Positions 1 to 10,076 of a stretch of DNA of 29,472 nt are shown here, piece by piece; the stretch's first letter is position 1, and every line of letters starts with the position of its first letter. The translations under genes were made by a program, and so were the position numbers. Source of the DNA: Micropepsaceae bacterium (GTDB taxonomy: Bacteria; Pseudomonadota; Alphaproteobacteria; Micropepsales; Micropepsaceae); assembly GCA_046715015.1 (NCBI GenBank), contig JBKJZU010000523.1:1-29472 (forward strand). The letters are read 5' to 3'. Under the pieces are notes generated by a model that did no database searches, had not been told where the DNA came from, and saw only the letters and a program-made list of their open reading frames with translations.

Positions 1-126
1 GACGTGCCAAAGGAAGCCAAAGAGATCAACGCGCTTGTCGGTGGCTGGGCGTACAAGATCCCGCGCTACAAGGGCACCCTAATGACCGCGCCGATGGAAG
101 ACCTGCTGCGCCCCATCGGCCGCTGA
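1..126 (+). CDS. C-terminal fragment of a probable DUF4340-type protein (5'-truncated by window)
   Basis: Frame 1 reads DVPKEAKEINALVGGWAYKIPRYKGTLMTAPMEDLLRPIGR, stop TGA 124-126. The GW-x-Y-x-IP-x-YK...EDLL ending resembles DUF4340 protein C-termini; only 41 aa visible. Confidence 0.5.
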   Translation, partial: DVPKEAKEINALVGGWAYKIPRYKGTLMTAPMEDLLRPIGR

Positions 127-141
127 TTATTTCTCGCTGAC

Positions 142-885
142 CTAAAGCTGCGCCGCGCCGAGCACCGGGCCTGGGTTACCGGTCTGCAGCCAGACCGTAA
201 CGCCGTCTGTGTTTTCGCAGGGCGCGCCGCGCGCGGGCAGCTCCAGCGTCATCGCCTCGCCCGACCAACGCCCGACCGCCGAGAAGTCGCGCACCACATT
301 GTGGTACGTGATCGTGCGGCCGAAGTTCTCGCCGCTTCCGATCTTTACCGTGCGCGACGACGCCGTATGCGCAAGCCAAACCGTTGCCGGTTTGACACCC
401 GCCAAAGCGCCGATACGAACCTCCACGGTATCGCCCGCTTGTGACAGCGCGATCTGAACCCGCTTACCCTGATATCCGGACGCACGGCGCTGGATTGCAT
501 CCACGACGTCTTGCCGCTGGTTACCCGGCATATCTTGCGCGCCGTCGATGACGATCTGCGGCGTGTAAACGCGATGCGATGGCAACACCTTTTCATAGGC
601 CTGCTGACGCACCGTGTTCTCGTGCTTGGCCAGTGTGTCGCGCCAGCCGATGTAGTCCCAGTAGTCGACGCTGAACGACAACGCCACGACGTCGTCGCGC
701 TTCTTCAGCTCTCCCAGGATCACATCGGCTTCAGGGCACGACGAGCAACCCTGGCTCGTATAAAGCTCGACGAAGACCGTTTGCTTCTGCATGTCGCCCG
801 CGTTCGCGCCCTGCCAGAAAAGCAGCGCGCCGAGTGCAGCAAGGCACCCGGCGCGGAGGTTTTTCAGGGAAGCTGGAGTCTTCAT
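142..885 (-). CDS. DUF1223 family secreted thioredoxin-like protein
   Basis: Signal peptide, then VELYTSQGCSSCPEAD (CxxC), LSFSVDYWDYIGWRD, VYTPQIVIDG and NVVR, all DUF1223 motifs. Confidence 0.9.
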   Translation of the reverse strand: MKTPASLKNLRAGCLAALGALLFWQGANAGDMQKQTVFVELYTSQGCSSCPEADVILGELKKRDDVVALSFSVDYWDYIGWRDTLAKHENTVRQQAYEKVLPSHRVYTPQIVIDGAQDMPGNQRQDVVDAIQRRASGYQGKRVQIALSQAGDTVEVRIGALAGVKPATVWLAHTASSRTVKIGSGENFGRTITYHNVVRDFSAVGRWSGEAMTLELPARGAPCENTDGVTVWLQTGNPGPVLGAAQL

Positions 886-954
886 TGCGTCAGAATCCTA
901 GTCCGCGTCCGCCCTCAATGCCTAGTCACGAACCGGTGTTCCGGGGCTCATGGT

Positions 955-3654
955 TTATGCCGCTTTCGCGAGCCCCCTGAGCACGTAGTGCAGAATTCCG
1001 CCATTCCGGAAATACTCGATCTCGTCCAGCGTATCGATCCGAAGCGTTACCGTCACATCTTCGCCCCGCCCGTCCGCGTACGTGATGCGAAGCGTCAACA
1101 ACTGCCGCGGCTTCAGCCCACCCTCGAGTCCCGGAATGTCGACGAGTTCCGCGCCGGTCAAACCTAGGGTGCGCCAAGACTTGCCGTCTTGAAACTGCAA
1201 AGGCAGCACGCCCATGCCGACCAGGTTCGAACGGTGAATGCGCTCGAAGCTCTCGACGATCACAGCACGCACGCCGAGCAATCGCGTCCCCTTCGCCGCC
1301 CAATCGCGCGACGATCCGGTGCCGTATTCCTTGCCGCCAAAAATGACCAGCGGAACGCCTTGGCTTTGATAGCGCATGGCGGCGCCATAGATCGTCATCT
1401 GCTCGCCCGAGGGCTGATGCTTGGTGACGCCGCCTTCGACGCCGGGCACCATCTGGTTCTTGATGCGGATGTTGGCAAACGTACCCCGCATCATCACTTC
1501 GTGATTGCCGCGTCGCGCGCCATAAGAGTTGAAGTCCGTCTGCCGAACCTGCCGCTCTTGCAGGAACTCGCCGGCCGGGCTCGACGACCGAATGTCGCCG
1601 GCGGGGCTGATGTGATCGGTCGTAATCGAATCCCCGAACAGCCCGAGAATCCGCGCGCCCTTGACGTCCGTGATCGGCACGGGTTCTTGCGTAATGCCTT
1701 CGAAATAGGGCGGCTGCTGCACATAGGTGGAACCGATATCCCACGGATACGTCAGCGACTTCTTCACACCTATCTTCTTCCAAGCAGGTCCGCCGTCGAA
1801 CACGTCGGCGTAGCGTTCGCGGAAGAGTTTCGTGGTGACGGCTTTTCGCACCGTCGCTGCGACGTCCTTCGCGCTCGGCCAAATGTCTTTCAAATAGACG
1901 GGCGTGCCTTTTTTGTCGTGCCCAATGGGGTCGGTGATGAGATTGATCGTCATCGAACCTGCCAGCGCGTAGGCAACGACAAGCGGCGGCGACGCCAGAT
2001 AGTTCGCCCGCGTCAGCGGATTGACGCGGCCCTCGAAATTGCGGTTCCCCGAAAGCACGGCCGCGGCGACCAGATCGCTCTTCGTAATCGCCTCCGTAAC
2101 ATTGTCCGGTAGCGGACCTGAATTGCCGATGCATGTCGTGCAGCCGAAGCCCACGACGTTGAACCCAAGCTTGTCTAAGTCTTTCTGCAGACCCGCCTTC
2201 GTCAGGTACTCGCCGACCACTTGGCTCCCCGGCGCCAACGACGTCTTCACCCACGGCTTGATCTTAAGGCCCTTCTTCAAAGCGTTTCGCGCCACCAATC
2301 CCGCGGCCACCATCACAAACGGATTGGACGTGTTTGTGCACGAGGTGATCGCAGCGATCACCACGGCGCCGTGCCCAAGCCTGTGTTCGGTCCCCGGCAA
2401 GGCGGCGGTATCGGTTTCCTTCCCCGCCTTACCGAACGTCTTCGCAAGCGACTCGGCGAACCCTTGCGATGCCGAATGGAGCGGCACGCGATCTTGCGGC
2501 CGCGCGGGACCGGCAAGGCTCGGCTCCACGTCGTTGAGGTCGAGCTGCAGCGTATCGGTGAACTCGGGGTCGGGATCCTTCGGCCCGCGCCACATGCCTT
2601 GCGCCTTCGCATAGGCCGCAACCAGGTCGACGCGCGCCTTCGCGCGACCGGTCGCCTTCAAATATCGGATCGTCTCGTCGTCGACGGGGAAGAACCCGCA
2701 GGTCGCACCGTATTCCGGCGCCATGTTCGCGATTGTCGCGCGATCTTCCAGCGGCAACTCGTTCAAGCCAGGCCCATAAAACTCGACAAATTTGTTGACC
2801 ACACCCTTCCTGCGCAGCATTTGCGTGACGGTCAGCACGAGGTCCGTCGCCGTCACGCCTTCGCGCACTTTGCCTGTGAGTTTGAAACCGATGACTTCGG
2901 GAATGAGCATCGATTGCGGTTGCCCCAGCATGGCCGCTTCAGCTTCGATCCCGCCGACGCCCCAGCCAAGAACCGCAAGCCCGTTCACCATGACGGTGTG
3001 GCTGTCGGTGCCGACCAGCGTATCGGGATAGGCGAGCTCGATCGTCTTCTTGCCGTCTTTGCTCTTCGAAGTCCAAACCGTCTGCGCCAGATATTCCAGG
3101 TTCACCTGGTGACAGATGCCGGTGCCGGGCGGCACAACACGGAAATTGTTGAACGCCGATTGCCCCCAGCGCAAGAACGAATAGCGCTCGCCGTTGCGCT
3201 CGAATTCGCGCGTGACGTTCTTCTTGAACGAGTCCTTCGTGCCGAAATAGTCGACCATGACCGAGTGATCGATCACGAGGTCGACAGGCGCCAACGGATT
3301 GATCTTCTCAGGATTGCCGCCCAAGGTCTTCATCGCATCGCGCATCGCGGCCAAGTCGACGACGGCAGGCACACCCGTAAAGTCCTGCATCAACACGCGC
3401 GCCGGGCGAAAGGCGATCTCGCGATCCGACGACTTCGTATTCAACCACGTCGCGAACGCCTGAATATCTTCCTTCGTGACGCTGCGCCCGTCCTCGTGCC
3501 GCAGCAAATTTTCCAGCAGCACCTTCATCGAATACGGAAGCTTCGAAATGCCGGTCAGGCCATTCTTCTCGGCCGCCTTCAGGCTGTAGTAGGTGTAAGT
3601 CTTCGCTCCGACTTTGAGCGTCTTTTTGGACTTGAAACTGTCGTGGGCGGTCAC
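955..3654 (-). CDS. acnA: Aconitate hydratase AcnA
   Basis: Motifs [66 protein letters not shown]. Start reset to GTG 3654 (AGGAG upstream), 899 aa. The ORF-track extension to 4269 overlaps the crotonase gene. Confidence 0.97.
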   Translation of the reverse strand: MTAHDSFKSKKTLKVGAKTYTYYSLKAAEKNGLTGISKLPYSMKVLLENLLRHEDGRSVTKEDIQAFATWLNTKSSDREIAFRPARVLMQDFTGVPAVVDLAAMRDAMKTLGGNPEKINPLAPVDLVIDHSVMVDYFGTKDSFKKNVTREFERNGERYSFLRWGQSAFNNFRVVPPGTGICHQVNLEYLAQTVWTSKSKDGKKTIELAYPDTLVGTDSHTVMVNGLAVLGWGVGGIEAEAAMLGQPQSMLIPEVIGFKLTGKVREGVTATDLVLTVTQMLRRKGVVNKFVEFYGPGLNELPLEDRATIANMAPEYGATCGFFPVDDETIRYLKATGRAKARVDLVAAYAKAQGMWRGPKDPDPEFTDTLQLDLNDVEPSLAGPARPQDRVPLHSASQGFAESLAKTFGKAGKETDTAALPGTEHRLGHGAVVIAAITSCTNTSNPFVMVAAGLVARNALKKGLKIKPWVKTSLAPGSQVVGEYLTKAGLQKDLDKLGFNVVGFGCTTCIGNSGPLPDNVTEAITKSDLVAAAVLSGNRNFEGRVNPLTRANYLASPPLVVAYALAGSMTINLITDPIGHDKKGTPVYLKDIWPSAKDVAATVRKAVTTKLFRERYADVFDGGPAWKKIGVKKSLTYPWDIGSTYVQQPPYFEGITQEPVPITDVKGARILGLFGDSITTDHISPAGDIRSSSPAGEFLQERQVRQTDFNSYGARRGNHEVMMRGTFANIRIKNQMVPGVEGGVTKHQPSGEQMTIYGAAMRYQSQGVPLVIFGGKEYGTGSSRDWAAKGTRLLGVRAVIVESFERIHRSNLVGMGVLPLQFQDGKSWRTLGLTGAELVDIPGLEGGLKPRQLLTLRITYADGRGEDVTVTLRIDTLDEIEYFRNGGILHYVLRGLAKAA

Positions 3655-3783
3655 GGGCGATGCGCTCCTGAAAGGCTGTCGCGAAGGATGGGGAAGGTCG
3701 ATTGGCGCGGAAATTAATAGCTTTTTCTTGAAGCCGCTACCGTGCAAGCTTGAGAAAGTCATATTGATCCGGGCAATGCACCT

Positions 3784-4587
3784 ATGACAGCTCCAGCGGT
3801 ACGCACAGAACACAACGGCGCCGTCACCACGGTGATTTTGTCGCGCCCCGACCGGCGCAACGCCGTCGATCGCCCAACCGCCGACGCGCTGTCGGCAGCC
3901 TTCCTGGCATTCGACCGCGACCCCAATGCCGCCGTAGCGGTCTTCTACGGCGAAGGCGGGGCGTTCTGCGCGGGCGCCGACTTGAAGGCGATTGCCGAGA
4001 ACAAGGGCAACCGCGTCGAAACCCCCAAGGCAGGCTTGGACATACTCAAAGACCAAGGCCCGATGGGCCCGAGCCGCTTCCTTCTCTCGAAGCCAGTGAT
4101 CGCAGCGATCGCAGGCCCGGCCGTCGCGGGCGGTCTTGAACTCGCTTTGTGGTGCGATATGCGCGTTGCGGAAGAGGGCTCGGTGCTCGGCGTCTTCTGC
4201 CGCCGTTGGGGCGTACCGCTGATCGACGGTGGCACCGTGCGCCTGCCGCGTCTCATCGGCATGGGTCACGCGATGGACATGATCTTGACCGGCCGCGCTG
4301 TAAGCGCGGCGGAAGCGCTAACGATCGGCCTCGTCAACCGCGTGGTCGCGAAAGGCCACGCGCGCCAAGCTGCGGAACAACTCGCAGCCGAACTCGCAAG
4401 CCTGCCGCAAGTCTGCATGCGCCACGACCGTCTCTCCGCCTATCAGCAATGGGACATGAGCTACGCCGACGCGATGGCGAACGAATTCGACCACGGCATC
4501 GCCTCGATGGCGGGCGGCGGTTCCGTCACCGGTGCCGCGCGCTTCGCCTCGGGCAAAGGCCGCGGCGGCTCGTTCGCGGACATCTGA
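3784..4587 (+). CDS. Enoyl-CoA hydratase/isomerase (crotonase) family protein
   Basis: [49 protein letters not shown] crotonase motifs. Confidence 0.93.
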   Translation: MTAPAVRTEHNGAVTTVILSRPDRRNAVDRPTADALSAAFLAFDRDPNAAVAVFYGEGGAFCAGADLKAIAENKGNRVETPKAGLDILKDQGPMGPSRFLLSKPVIAAIAGPAVAGGLELALWCDMRVAEEGSVLGVFCRRWGVPLIDGGTVRLPRLIGMGHAMDMILTGRAVSAAEALTIGLVNRVVAKGHARQAAEQLAAELASLPQVCMRHDRLSAYQQWDMSYADAMANEFDHGIASMAGGGSVTGAARFASGKGRGGSFADI

Positions 4588-5201
4588 TGCGCGTGATTGC
4601 CGAAAGCGTAGCGGCCTATCGCGGCGAGCGCATGATCTTTCGCCACGTCAGTTTCGACCTCGGACCCGGCCAAGCGTTGATCCTTCACGGGCCGAATGGC
4701 AGCGGCAAGACGACGTTGCTGCGCGTGATCGCCGGCCTCCTTGGCATGATGGCAGGTCGCTTGCGCATTTTGGACGCGAACGATCGGCCGCTGACCGACG
4801 AAGCGCGTGACCGCGCATTCCACTTCGTCAGCCACTTGGGCATCGTCCGCTCGCAAATGCGCGTGCGCGAAACGTTGGAATTCCACGCGGCTATCCTTGG
4901 CGCGCCGAAAAGCGCCGTCGAGAACGCGCTGGACGAATGGGCGCTCCGCCCGCTCGCAGACCACAGCGGCGGTCTGTTGTCCGCGGGTCAGCGGCACCGT
5001 CTGGCGCTCGCGCGGTTGTCGCTGCAAAAGCGCGAACTCTGGCTGCTCGACGAACCGCTCGTCGCGCTCGACGTGTCGTCGAAAAGCCGTCTGAACGCCG
5101 CCGCGGAAAAGCACCTGGAGGAAGGCGGCATTGTCATCGCCGCGAGCCACGAACCCTTCTTGGGCGATCCGCGTACGCTCTATCTGGGGCCGCGTTCATG
5201 A
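4587..5201 (+). CDS. ccmA: Heme ABC exporter ATP-binding protein CcmA
   Basis: ATG overlaps crotonase stop (TGATG 4585-4589). Walker A GPNGSGKTT, signature LSAGQ, Walker B WLLDEP; lies upstream of ccmBCD. Confidence 0.93.
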   Translation: MRVIAESVAAYRGERMIFRHVSFDLGPGQALILHGPNGSGKTTLLRVIAGLLGMMAGRLRILDANDRPLTDEARDRAFHFVSHLGIVRSQMRVRETLEFHAAILGAPKSAVENALDEWALRPLADHSGGLLSAGQRHRLALARLSLQKRELWLLDEPLVALDVSSKSRLNAAAEKHLEEGGIVIAASHEPFLGDPRTLYLGPRS

Positions 5202-5863
5202 GGACGTTTCGCGCGCTGCTGTGGCACGACGTTCTGATGGGCATCCGCTCCAGCGGCGGCGCTGCGCTGTCCGCGGCTTTCTTCGCGTTGATCGTCATCC
5301 TGACCCCGCTGGGCCTCGGCCCGGAAACATCCGCGCTGAAGACGCTCGCCCCCGGCCTCTTTTGGATCGCAGCTTTGCTCGCAACGTTGCTGGGTCTCGA
5401 ACGCGTCATTCAACCCGACACCGAAGACGGCACGCTCGACCTGTTGCGCCTCTCGCCGCTCCCGCTCGAATTGGTCGCGCTCGCGAAGATCTGCGCGCAC
5501 TGGATCACGTCCGGTTTGATCATCAGTCTGCTCGCACCGATCCTCGCACCGATGCTGGGCATGAGCGTTTCCGCTATCCCGACGCTCGCGCTGTCGCTGC
5601 TGATCGGGACGTTGGGCTTAAGCTCGATCGGCACGGCTGCCGCAGCATTGGGTGCAAGCGTGCAACGCGGTGGTATCGTGTTGGCGATCCTCGTCCTGCC
5701 GCTGAACATCCCGTTCCTGATCTTCGGCGCCAGCGCCGTCGCCAATGCACAAGCGGGAGCGCCAATCGGCCAGCCCTTGATGTTTCTGACGGCGTGTTCG
5801 CTGCTGGCGTTGGTCGTGGGCCCGATCGCCGCCGCCGCGGCATTGCGTCTCAACGAGGACTAG
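5198..5863 (+). CDS. ccmB: Heme exporter protein CcmB
   Basis: ATGA overlap with ccmA. Hydrophobic 221 aa with EDGTLDLL, KICAHW, LVLPLNIPFLIFG. Confidence 0.93.
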   Translation: MRTFRALLWHDVLMGIRSSGGAALSAAFFALIVILTPLGLGPETSALKTLAPGLFWIAALLATLLGLERVIQPDTEDGTLDLLRLSPLPLELVALAKICAHWITSGLIISLLAPILAPMLGMSVSAIPTLALSLLIGTLGLSSIGTAAAALGASVQRGGIVLAILVLPLNIPFLIFGASAVANAQAGAPIGQPLMFLTACSLLALVVGPIAAAAALRLNED

Positions 5864-5872
5864 CCGTGGCAG

Positions 5873-6628
5873 ATGCCAAGCCCGCCAACTAAATTGGACC
5901 GCATGCAAGCCTACGCAAATCCGCTTCGTTTCGTGCGCATCGCGCGGCAGGTCACGCCGTGGGTATTCGGCGCCGCGATCGCGCTTGCGTTGACAGGACT
6001 CTACTTGGGTCTCGTCGTCGCGCCGCCCGACTACCAGCAAGGCGACGCGGCACGGATCATGTACGTGCACGTGCCGGCCGCCTGGATGTCGATGTTCGTC
6101 TACGGGTCGATGGCGATGGCAAGCGCCGTTGCCTTCATCTGGAAACACCCGCTCGCCGACGTCGCCGCAAAGGCCTCCGCACCGATCGGCGCGGTCTTCA
6201 CCGCACTCGCACTCGTCACCGGCATGCTGTGGGGCCAGCCGATGTGGGGCACATGGTGGGTCTGGGACGCGCGGCTGACGTCGGTCTTGATCCTCTTCTT
6301 CCTCTACCTTGGCTACATCGTGATCTGGAGCGCGATCGACGAACCCACGCGCGCTGCCCGCGCGGCGCGCATTCTGGCGCTCGTCGGCGCGATCAACATC
6401 CCGATTATCAAGTTCTCGGTCGACTGGTGGAACACGCTCCACCAAAGCGCGTCAGTCCTCCGCACGGACGGCCCCGCGATGCCCGCCGCGATGCTGACGC
6501 CCCTGCTCGTCATGAGCCTCGCCTACACGCTGCTCTACGTCGCGCTGCTGCTCGTACGCATGCGCACGGAAGTAGCACAGCGCCGCATGCGCACGGTTCG
6601 CTTAGGCCTGGAGGCGCTACCCGCATGA
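5873..6628 (+). CDS. ccmC: Heme chaperone subunit CcmC
   Basis: WWD motif WGQPMWGTWWVWDARLTS; heme-ligand His in YVHVPAAW and TLHQ. Alternative start at 5903. Confidence 0.96.
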   Translation: MPSPPTKLDRMQAYANPLRFVRIARQVTPWVFGAAIALALTGLYLGLVVAPPDYQQGDAARIMYVHVPAAWMSMFVYGSMAMASAVAFIWKHPLADVAAKASAPIGAVFTALALVTGMLWGQPMWGTWWVWDARLTSVLILFFLYLGYIVIWSAIDEPTRAARAARILALVGAINIPIIKFSVDWWNTLHQSASVLRTDGPAMPAAMLTPLLVMSLAYTLLYVALLLVRMRTEVAQRRMRTVRLGLEALPA

Positions 6629-6783
6629 GCGAGTTCTGGGCAATGGGCGGCTACGCCGCGTTCGTATGGCCGGCCTACGGCATAAGCTTGATTGCATTGG
6701 TGACGCTGAGCGTCTTGAGCTGGCGCGCCATGCGGAACGCCGAACGGCTTGCGGAACTGAGCGAACGCAACGAAAAGCCTTAG
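6625..6783 (+). CDS. ccmD: Heme exporter protein CcmD
   Basis: ATGA overlap with ccmC. 52 aa MSEFWAMGGYAAFVWPAYG, one TM helix and a charged tail. Confidence 0.9.
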   Translation: MSEFWAMGGYAAFVWPAYGISLIALVTLSVLSWRAMRNAERLAELSERNEKP

Positions 6784-7262
6784 CGCCGCGCGCGCCGCTT
6801 CTTCGCGCCGTTTTGTTCTTCCGTTTGCTTTTCCGCATACGCCTGCGCCAGCAGATTCAGGCTTTTGATGAACTCCGCACGGTTGCGTGCGGGCAACGTT
6901 TCGAGCAACGCCGCCTCGGCCCGCTGCATCGCAGGCTGCGCCGCTTTGAGCGCGCGCCGTCCGGTCGCGGTGATCTTGACGGAGTTCGCGCGTTGGTCTT
7001 CCTCCGTCCGCTTACGGACGATCAATTCGCGTTTTGCCAAGCGCTCGATCATGTCGGCCAGCGTCGAGCGATCGATGCCCGTCTGCGCGACGAGTTTGGT
7101 CTGCGTGACGCCTTCGTTCTGATCGACCGCATGCAAAACGGCCAACTGACGCGCGGTCAGCGCATCCGCCTCGGTCTCGTCGTCATAGAGATCCATCGCG
7201 AACTGTTGCGCGCGCCGCATCAAATGGCTGAGCGATGTCGCCAGTTCGAAGCTCTTTGCCAT
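6780..7262 (-). CDS. MarR-family winged-helix transcriptional regulator
   Basis: LTARQLAVL...QTKLVAQTGIDRSTLADMIERL...EDQRANSVKIT wHTH. Start reset to ATG 7262 (160 aa). Confidence 0.88.
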   Translation of the reverse strand: MAKSFELATSLSHLMRRAQQFAMDLYDDETEADALTARQLAVLHAVDQNEGVTQTKLVAQTGIDRSTLADMIERLAKRELIVRKRTEEDQRANSVKITATGRRALKAAQPAMQRAEAALLETLPARNRAEFIKSLNLLAQAYAEKQTEEQNGAKKRRARR

Positions 7263-7390
7263 TCGTAGTTTCCGATGGAATAATCGCCGGACGGCGTTCG
7301 CGAATAAATCGTCCGTGTCCGTACCATATTCACCCGGCGCGCGGAAGTGACCGAACGGGCTCATGCACTGGCGAAATGGAATCTAACCTG

Positions 7391-7936
7391 ATGCGCGAAA
7401 GATTGTCTCCCCCTCCCGCGCCGCGCACGTGTTGCGAGTTCGTTCGCCGCGTGCCCGACGGCGACAACATGGAACGCGACGTGTGCGCGAAATGCGGGCA
7501 CGTGCATTACGTCAACCCGAAGATCGTCGTCGGCGCCGTTTGCTCCTGGCACGGACGAATTCTACTCTGCCGCCGCGCAATCGAGCCGCGTAGCGGATTC
7601 TGGACGATTCCGGCTGGTTACATGGAAGAGCAGGAAACGCCGGTCGCGGGCGCCGTGCGCGAGGCTTGGGAAGAAGCAACGACGAAGATCGAGATCGACC
7701 GCCTGCTCGCCGTCTACTCTGTCGCGCGCATATCGCAAGTTCAGTTGATCTTCCGGGCGCGCCTTGCAACCGGCGAGTTTGCTCCGGGTACGGAGAGTCT
7801 GGAGACGCGGTTATTCGCTTGGGAGGAGATTCCGTGGAGCGAGCTCGCCTTTCCGAGTGTGCACTGGGCGCTGAAACATCACCGCGAGACCGAAGGCCGG
7901 CACGAGTTCGCGCCGTTCGGGAACCCGGCTAGCTGA
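7391..7936 (+). CDS. Nudix hydrolase with N-terminal Cys-containing region
   Basis: Nudix box GYMEEQETPVAGAVREAWEEA and CAKCGHVHYVNPK. Start uncertain (7373 or 7391). Confidence 0.88.
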   Translation: MRERLSPPPAPRTCCEFVRRVPDGDNMERDVCAKCGHVHYVNPKIVVGAVCSWHGRILLCRRAIEPRSGFWTIPAGYMEEQETPVAGAVREAWEEATTKIEIDRLLAVYSVARISQVQLIFRARLATGEFAPGTESLETRLFAWEEIPWSELAFPSVHWALKHHRETEGRHEFAPFGNPAS

Positions 7937-8336
7937 TCGGTTTCAGAGGCGGCTTGCCCGCGGCCTTGGCGCAGTCCGCGACCACACTCTCACTGCTGCC
8001 GCCGGGCACGGCTTCCGCGTGCGTGACGGTCATCACGCCGGGCGCATTCGAATACAGATAGACGAGAAGCGTGCAGTTCCCTTGCCCGCCATACTGCCAC
8101 ATCTCGGCGCCGGTTTCGGCGCGCTTCAGCGAAGGCTCGCCCCACGCCGAACGCAACGCGTCGCCCGTCATCCCCACAAGTCCGTTACTCGCTGCCGGTG
8201 CGTTCGTGGCAGCAGACGGCGCAACGGCGGGCGGGGCCGAAAGGGTGGCGGGTTCGCTGGGCTCGCCGCCGCCAAGCCCGACGGTTTGGCAGCCTGCAAT
8301 CGCAAGCAACGGCAAAACGAACGCAAGCCTACGCAT
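7929..8336 (-). CDS. Hypothetical lipoprotein, BamE/SmpA-like C-terminal domain
   Basis: Lipobox IAGC after a hydrophobic leader, Pro/Ala linker, then LVGMTGDALRSAWGEPS...EMWQY. ATG 8336 overlaps the upstream TGA. Confidence 0.7.
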   Translation of the reverse strand: MRRLAFVLPLLAIAGCQTVGLGGGEPSEPATLSAPPAVAPSAATNAPAASNGLVGMTGDALRSAWGEPSLKRAETGAEMWQYGGQGNCTLLVYLYSNAPGVMTVTHAEAVPGGSSESVVADCAKAAGKPPLKPIS

Positions 8337-9001
8337 CACGAACTCCGGACCAACTTGTTGAACTCGTGCGTCATCATCGCGGCCCCGAACAGCGGCACGA
8401 AGAAGTTCAGGATCGGGATCATCGCCAAGAACGATATCAGCGCCCCACCCAAAAACAACCTGACGCGATGTTGCCGCCGAAGCGCCCGCGCGTCCCGCGG
8501 CGCCATATGGCGAAGAGCGGCGAGCTCGAAGAATGTCCGCCCCGTCAGGTACCCGTTCACGAACAACACGACCAGAGTCCCGATCCCGATCGCAACGAAC
8601 TGCAACGGAATGGCAAGCAGATTGAGCACAAGGCTAACCGCGGCGAAAGTCAGCCCAGCAAACAAAAGCTCGCCCGTGGAAGCGCCGCCCCGCACTTTTG
8701 AATCCGGATAGTATTTGGTCTCCACCGCATCGGCTACCCGATCGATGAAGATGCTGGCAAACGCCTGCGCGACGGGTGCGCCCAAGAACACGAATGAGAT
8801 CGTGAGCACGGCGCCCGAAACGATCGCGACGGCATCTTGCATCCAGCTGAAACCGAAATCGGGCACGAAACGCACGGACCACTGCAACGCCAGCATCAAA
8901 AGCACGAACAACAGGATGGTGCAGCCGACGCTGAGCCAGACCACACCCTGGAACTTGCGGTCGAACATTTGGGCCAATGCGGATGCGGCACTTGAAAGCA
9001 T
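8336..9001 (-). CDS. EI24/CysZ-like multi-pass membrane protein
   Basis: Several TM segments; FIDRVADAVETKYYP, NGYLTGRTFFELAALR, IPILNFFVPLFGAAMMTH. Start reset to ATG 9001. Confidence 0.8.
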   Translation of the reverse strand: MLSSAASALAQMFDRKFQGVVWLSVGCTILLFVLLMLALQWSVRFVPDFGFSWMQDAVAIVSGAVLTISFVFLGAPVAQAFASIFIDRVADAVETKYYPDSKVRGGASTGELLFAGLTFAAVSLVLNLLAIPLQFVAIGIGTLVVLFVNGYLTGRTFFELAALRHMAPRDARALRRQHRVRLFLGGALISFLAMIPILNFFVPLFGAAMMTHEFNKLVRSS

Positions 9002-9080
9002 GCGTCCAGCGAATCCCGCGATTGTCGAAGTTGCGCCACTGCCTATACTGCCCCGCCGTTCAGGGTAAAGGACAAGTTGG

Positions 9081-10076
9081 ATGCAGGACGCGAAGTACGA
9101 CGTATTGGCCATCGGCCACGCCATTGTCGACATATTGGCGCAAACCACCGACGCGTTCCTGACTGAGCATGGCATTGCCAAGGGCACGATGACGCTGGTG
9201 GACGGCTTTCGCGCCGAAACGCTGGGTCAAGCCATGAAAAACCCGGTCGAGGCGTCCGGCGGTTCGGCTGCGAACACGATGGTGGGTGTCGCCTCGTTCG
9301 GCGGTAAGGCCGCCTTCATCGGCAAGGTCAACGACGACCGGCTCGGCCAAGCGTTCAGTGAAGCTATCCACAGGTCAGGCGTCGCCTTCGACAGCGTTCC
9401 TGCAAAAGGCAAGGTTGCAACTGCGTCGTGCCACATCCTGATCACGCCCGACGGCCAGCGCAGCATGAACACGTATTTGGGCTGCGCGCCCGCGCTGACC
9501 GACGCCGACATGGCCGCCGACAAGATCGCAGCCGCGAGCGTGCTCTACGTCGAAGGCTACCTCTGGGACACGCCCGGCGCTAAGGCGGCGATCCGCACCG
9601 CAATCGCGCACGCGAAAGCGGCGAAGCGCAAGGTCGCGTTCACGCTCTCAGATCCGTTCTGCGTAGGCCGGTGGCGCGACGAATTCAAAGCGCTGCTCGC
9701 GCACGACATCGACATCCTTTTCGCGAACGAAGCCGAAGCAAAGGCGCTCTACGAAACCGAACACTTCGACGAAGCGTTTCAGGCGATCCGCAAATGGGGC
9801 AAGACCGCCGCAATCACGCGTTCCGCTCACGGCTCCGTGGTTCTGCACGACGGGCGCGTCCACATCCTGGAAGCCGAGCCCGTCTCCCACGTCGCCGACA
9901 CGACCGGCGCCGGCGACCAATACGCGGCAGGGTTTTTGTACGGCCACGCGCGCGCCTTAGCGCTCGGCGTTTGTGGAAGATTGGGCGGCATCGCCGCAGC
10001 TGAGGTGATCTCGCACGTCGGCCCGCGCCCGCAAGCTTCGCTGAAGTCGCTCGCCGCAGCAGCGGGGTTGGTCTAG
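9081..10076 (+). CDS. Adenosine kinase (PfkB family)
   Basis: GHAIVDI, KGTMTLVD, SGGSAANT, EGYLWD, LFANEAE, PfkB signature DTTGAGDQYAAGFL. Confidence 0.9.
   Translation: MQDAKYDVLAIGHAIVDILAQTTDAFLTEHGIAKGTMTLVDGFRAETLGQAMKNPVEASGGSAANTMVGVASFGGKAAFIGKVNDDRLGQAFSEAIHRSGVAFDSVPAKGKVATASCHILITPDGQRSMNTYLGCAPALTDADMAADKIAAASVLYVEGYLWDTPGAKAAIRTAIAHAKAAKRKVAFTLSDPFCVGRWRDEFKALLAHDIDILFANEAEAKALYETEHFDEAFQAIRKWGKTAAITRSAHGSVVLHDGRVHILEAEPVSHVADTTGAGDQYAAGFLYGHARALALGVCGRLGGIAAAEVISHVGPRPQASLKSLAAAAGLV

Noticed and set aside
3655-4269. 205-aa N-terminal extension of AcnA in the ORF track
   Set aside because: Overlaps the crotonase gene in antisense. AcnA homology begins at GTG 3654, which has an RBS.
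4149-4586. Apparent N-terminal extension of CcmA
   Set aside because: Out-of-frame overlap with the crotonase; the real start is the coupled ATG 4587.
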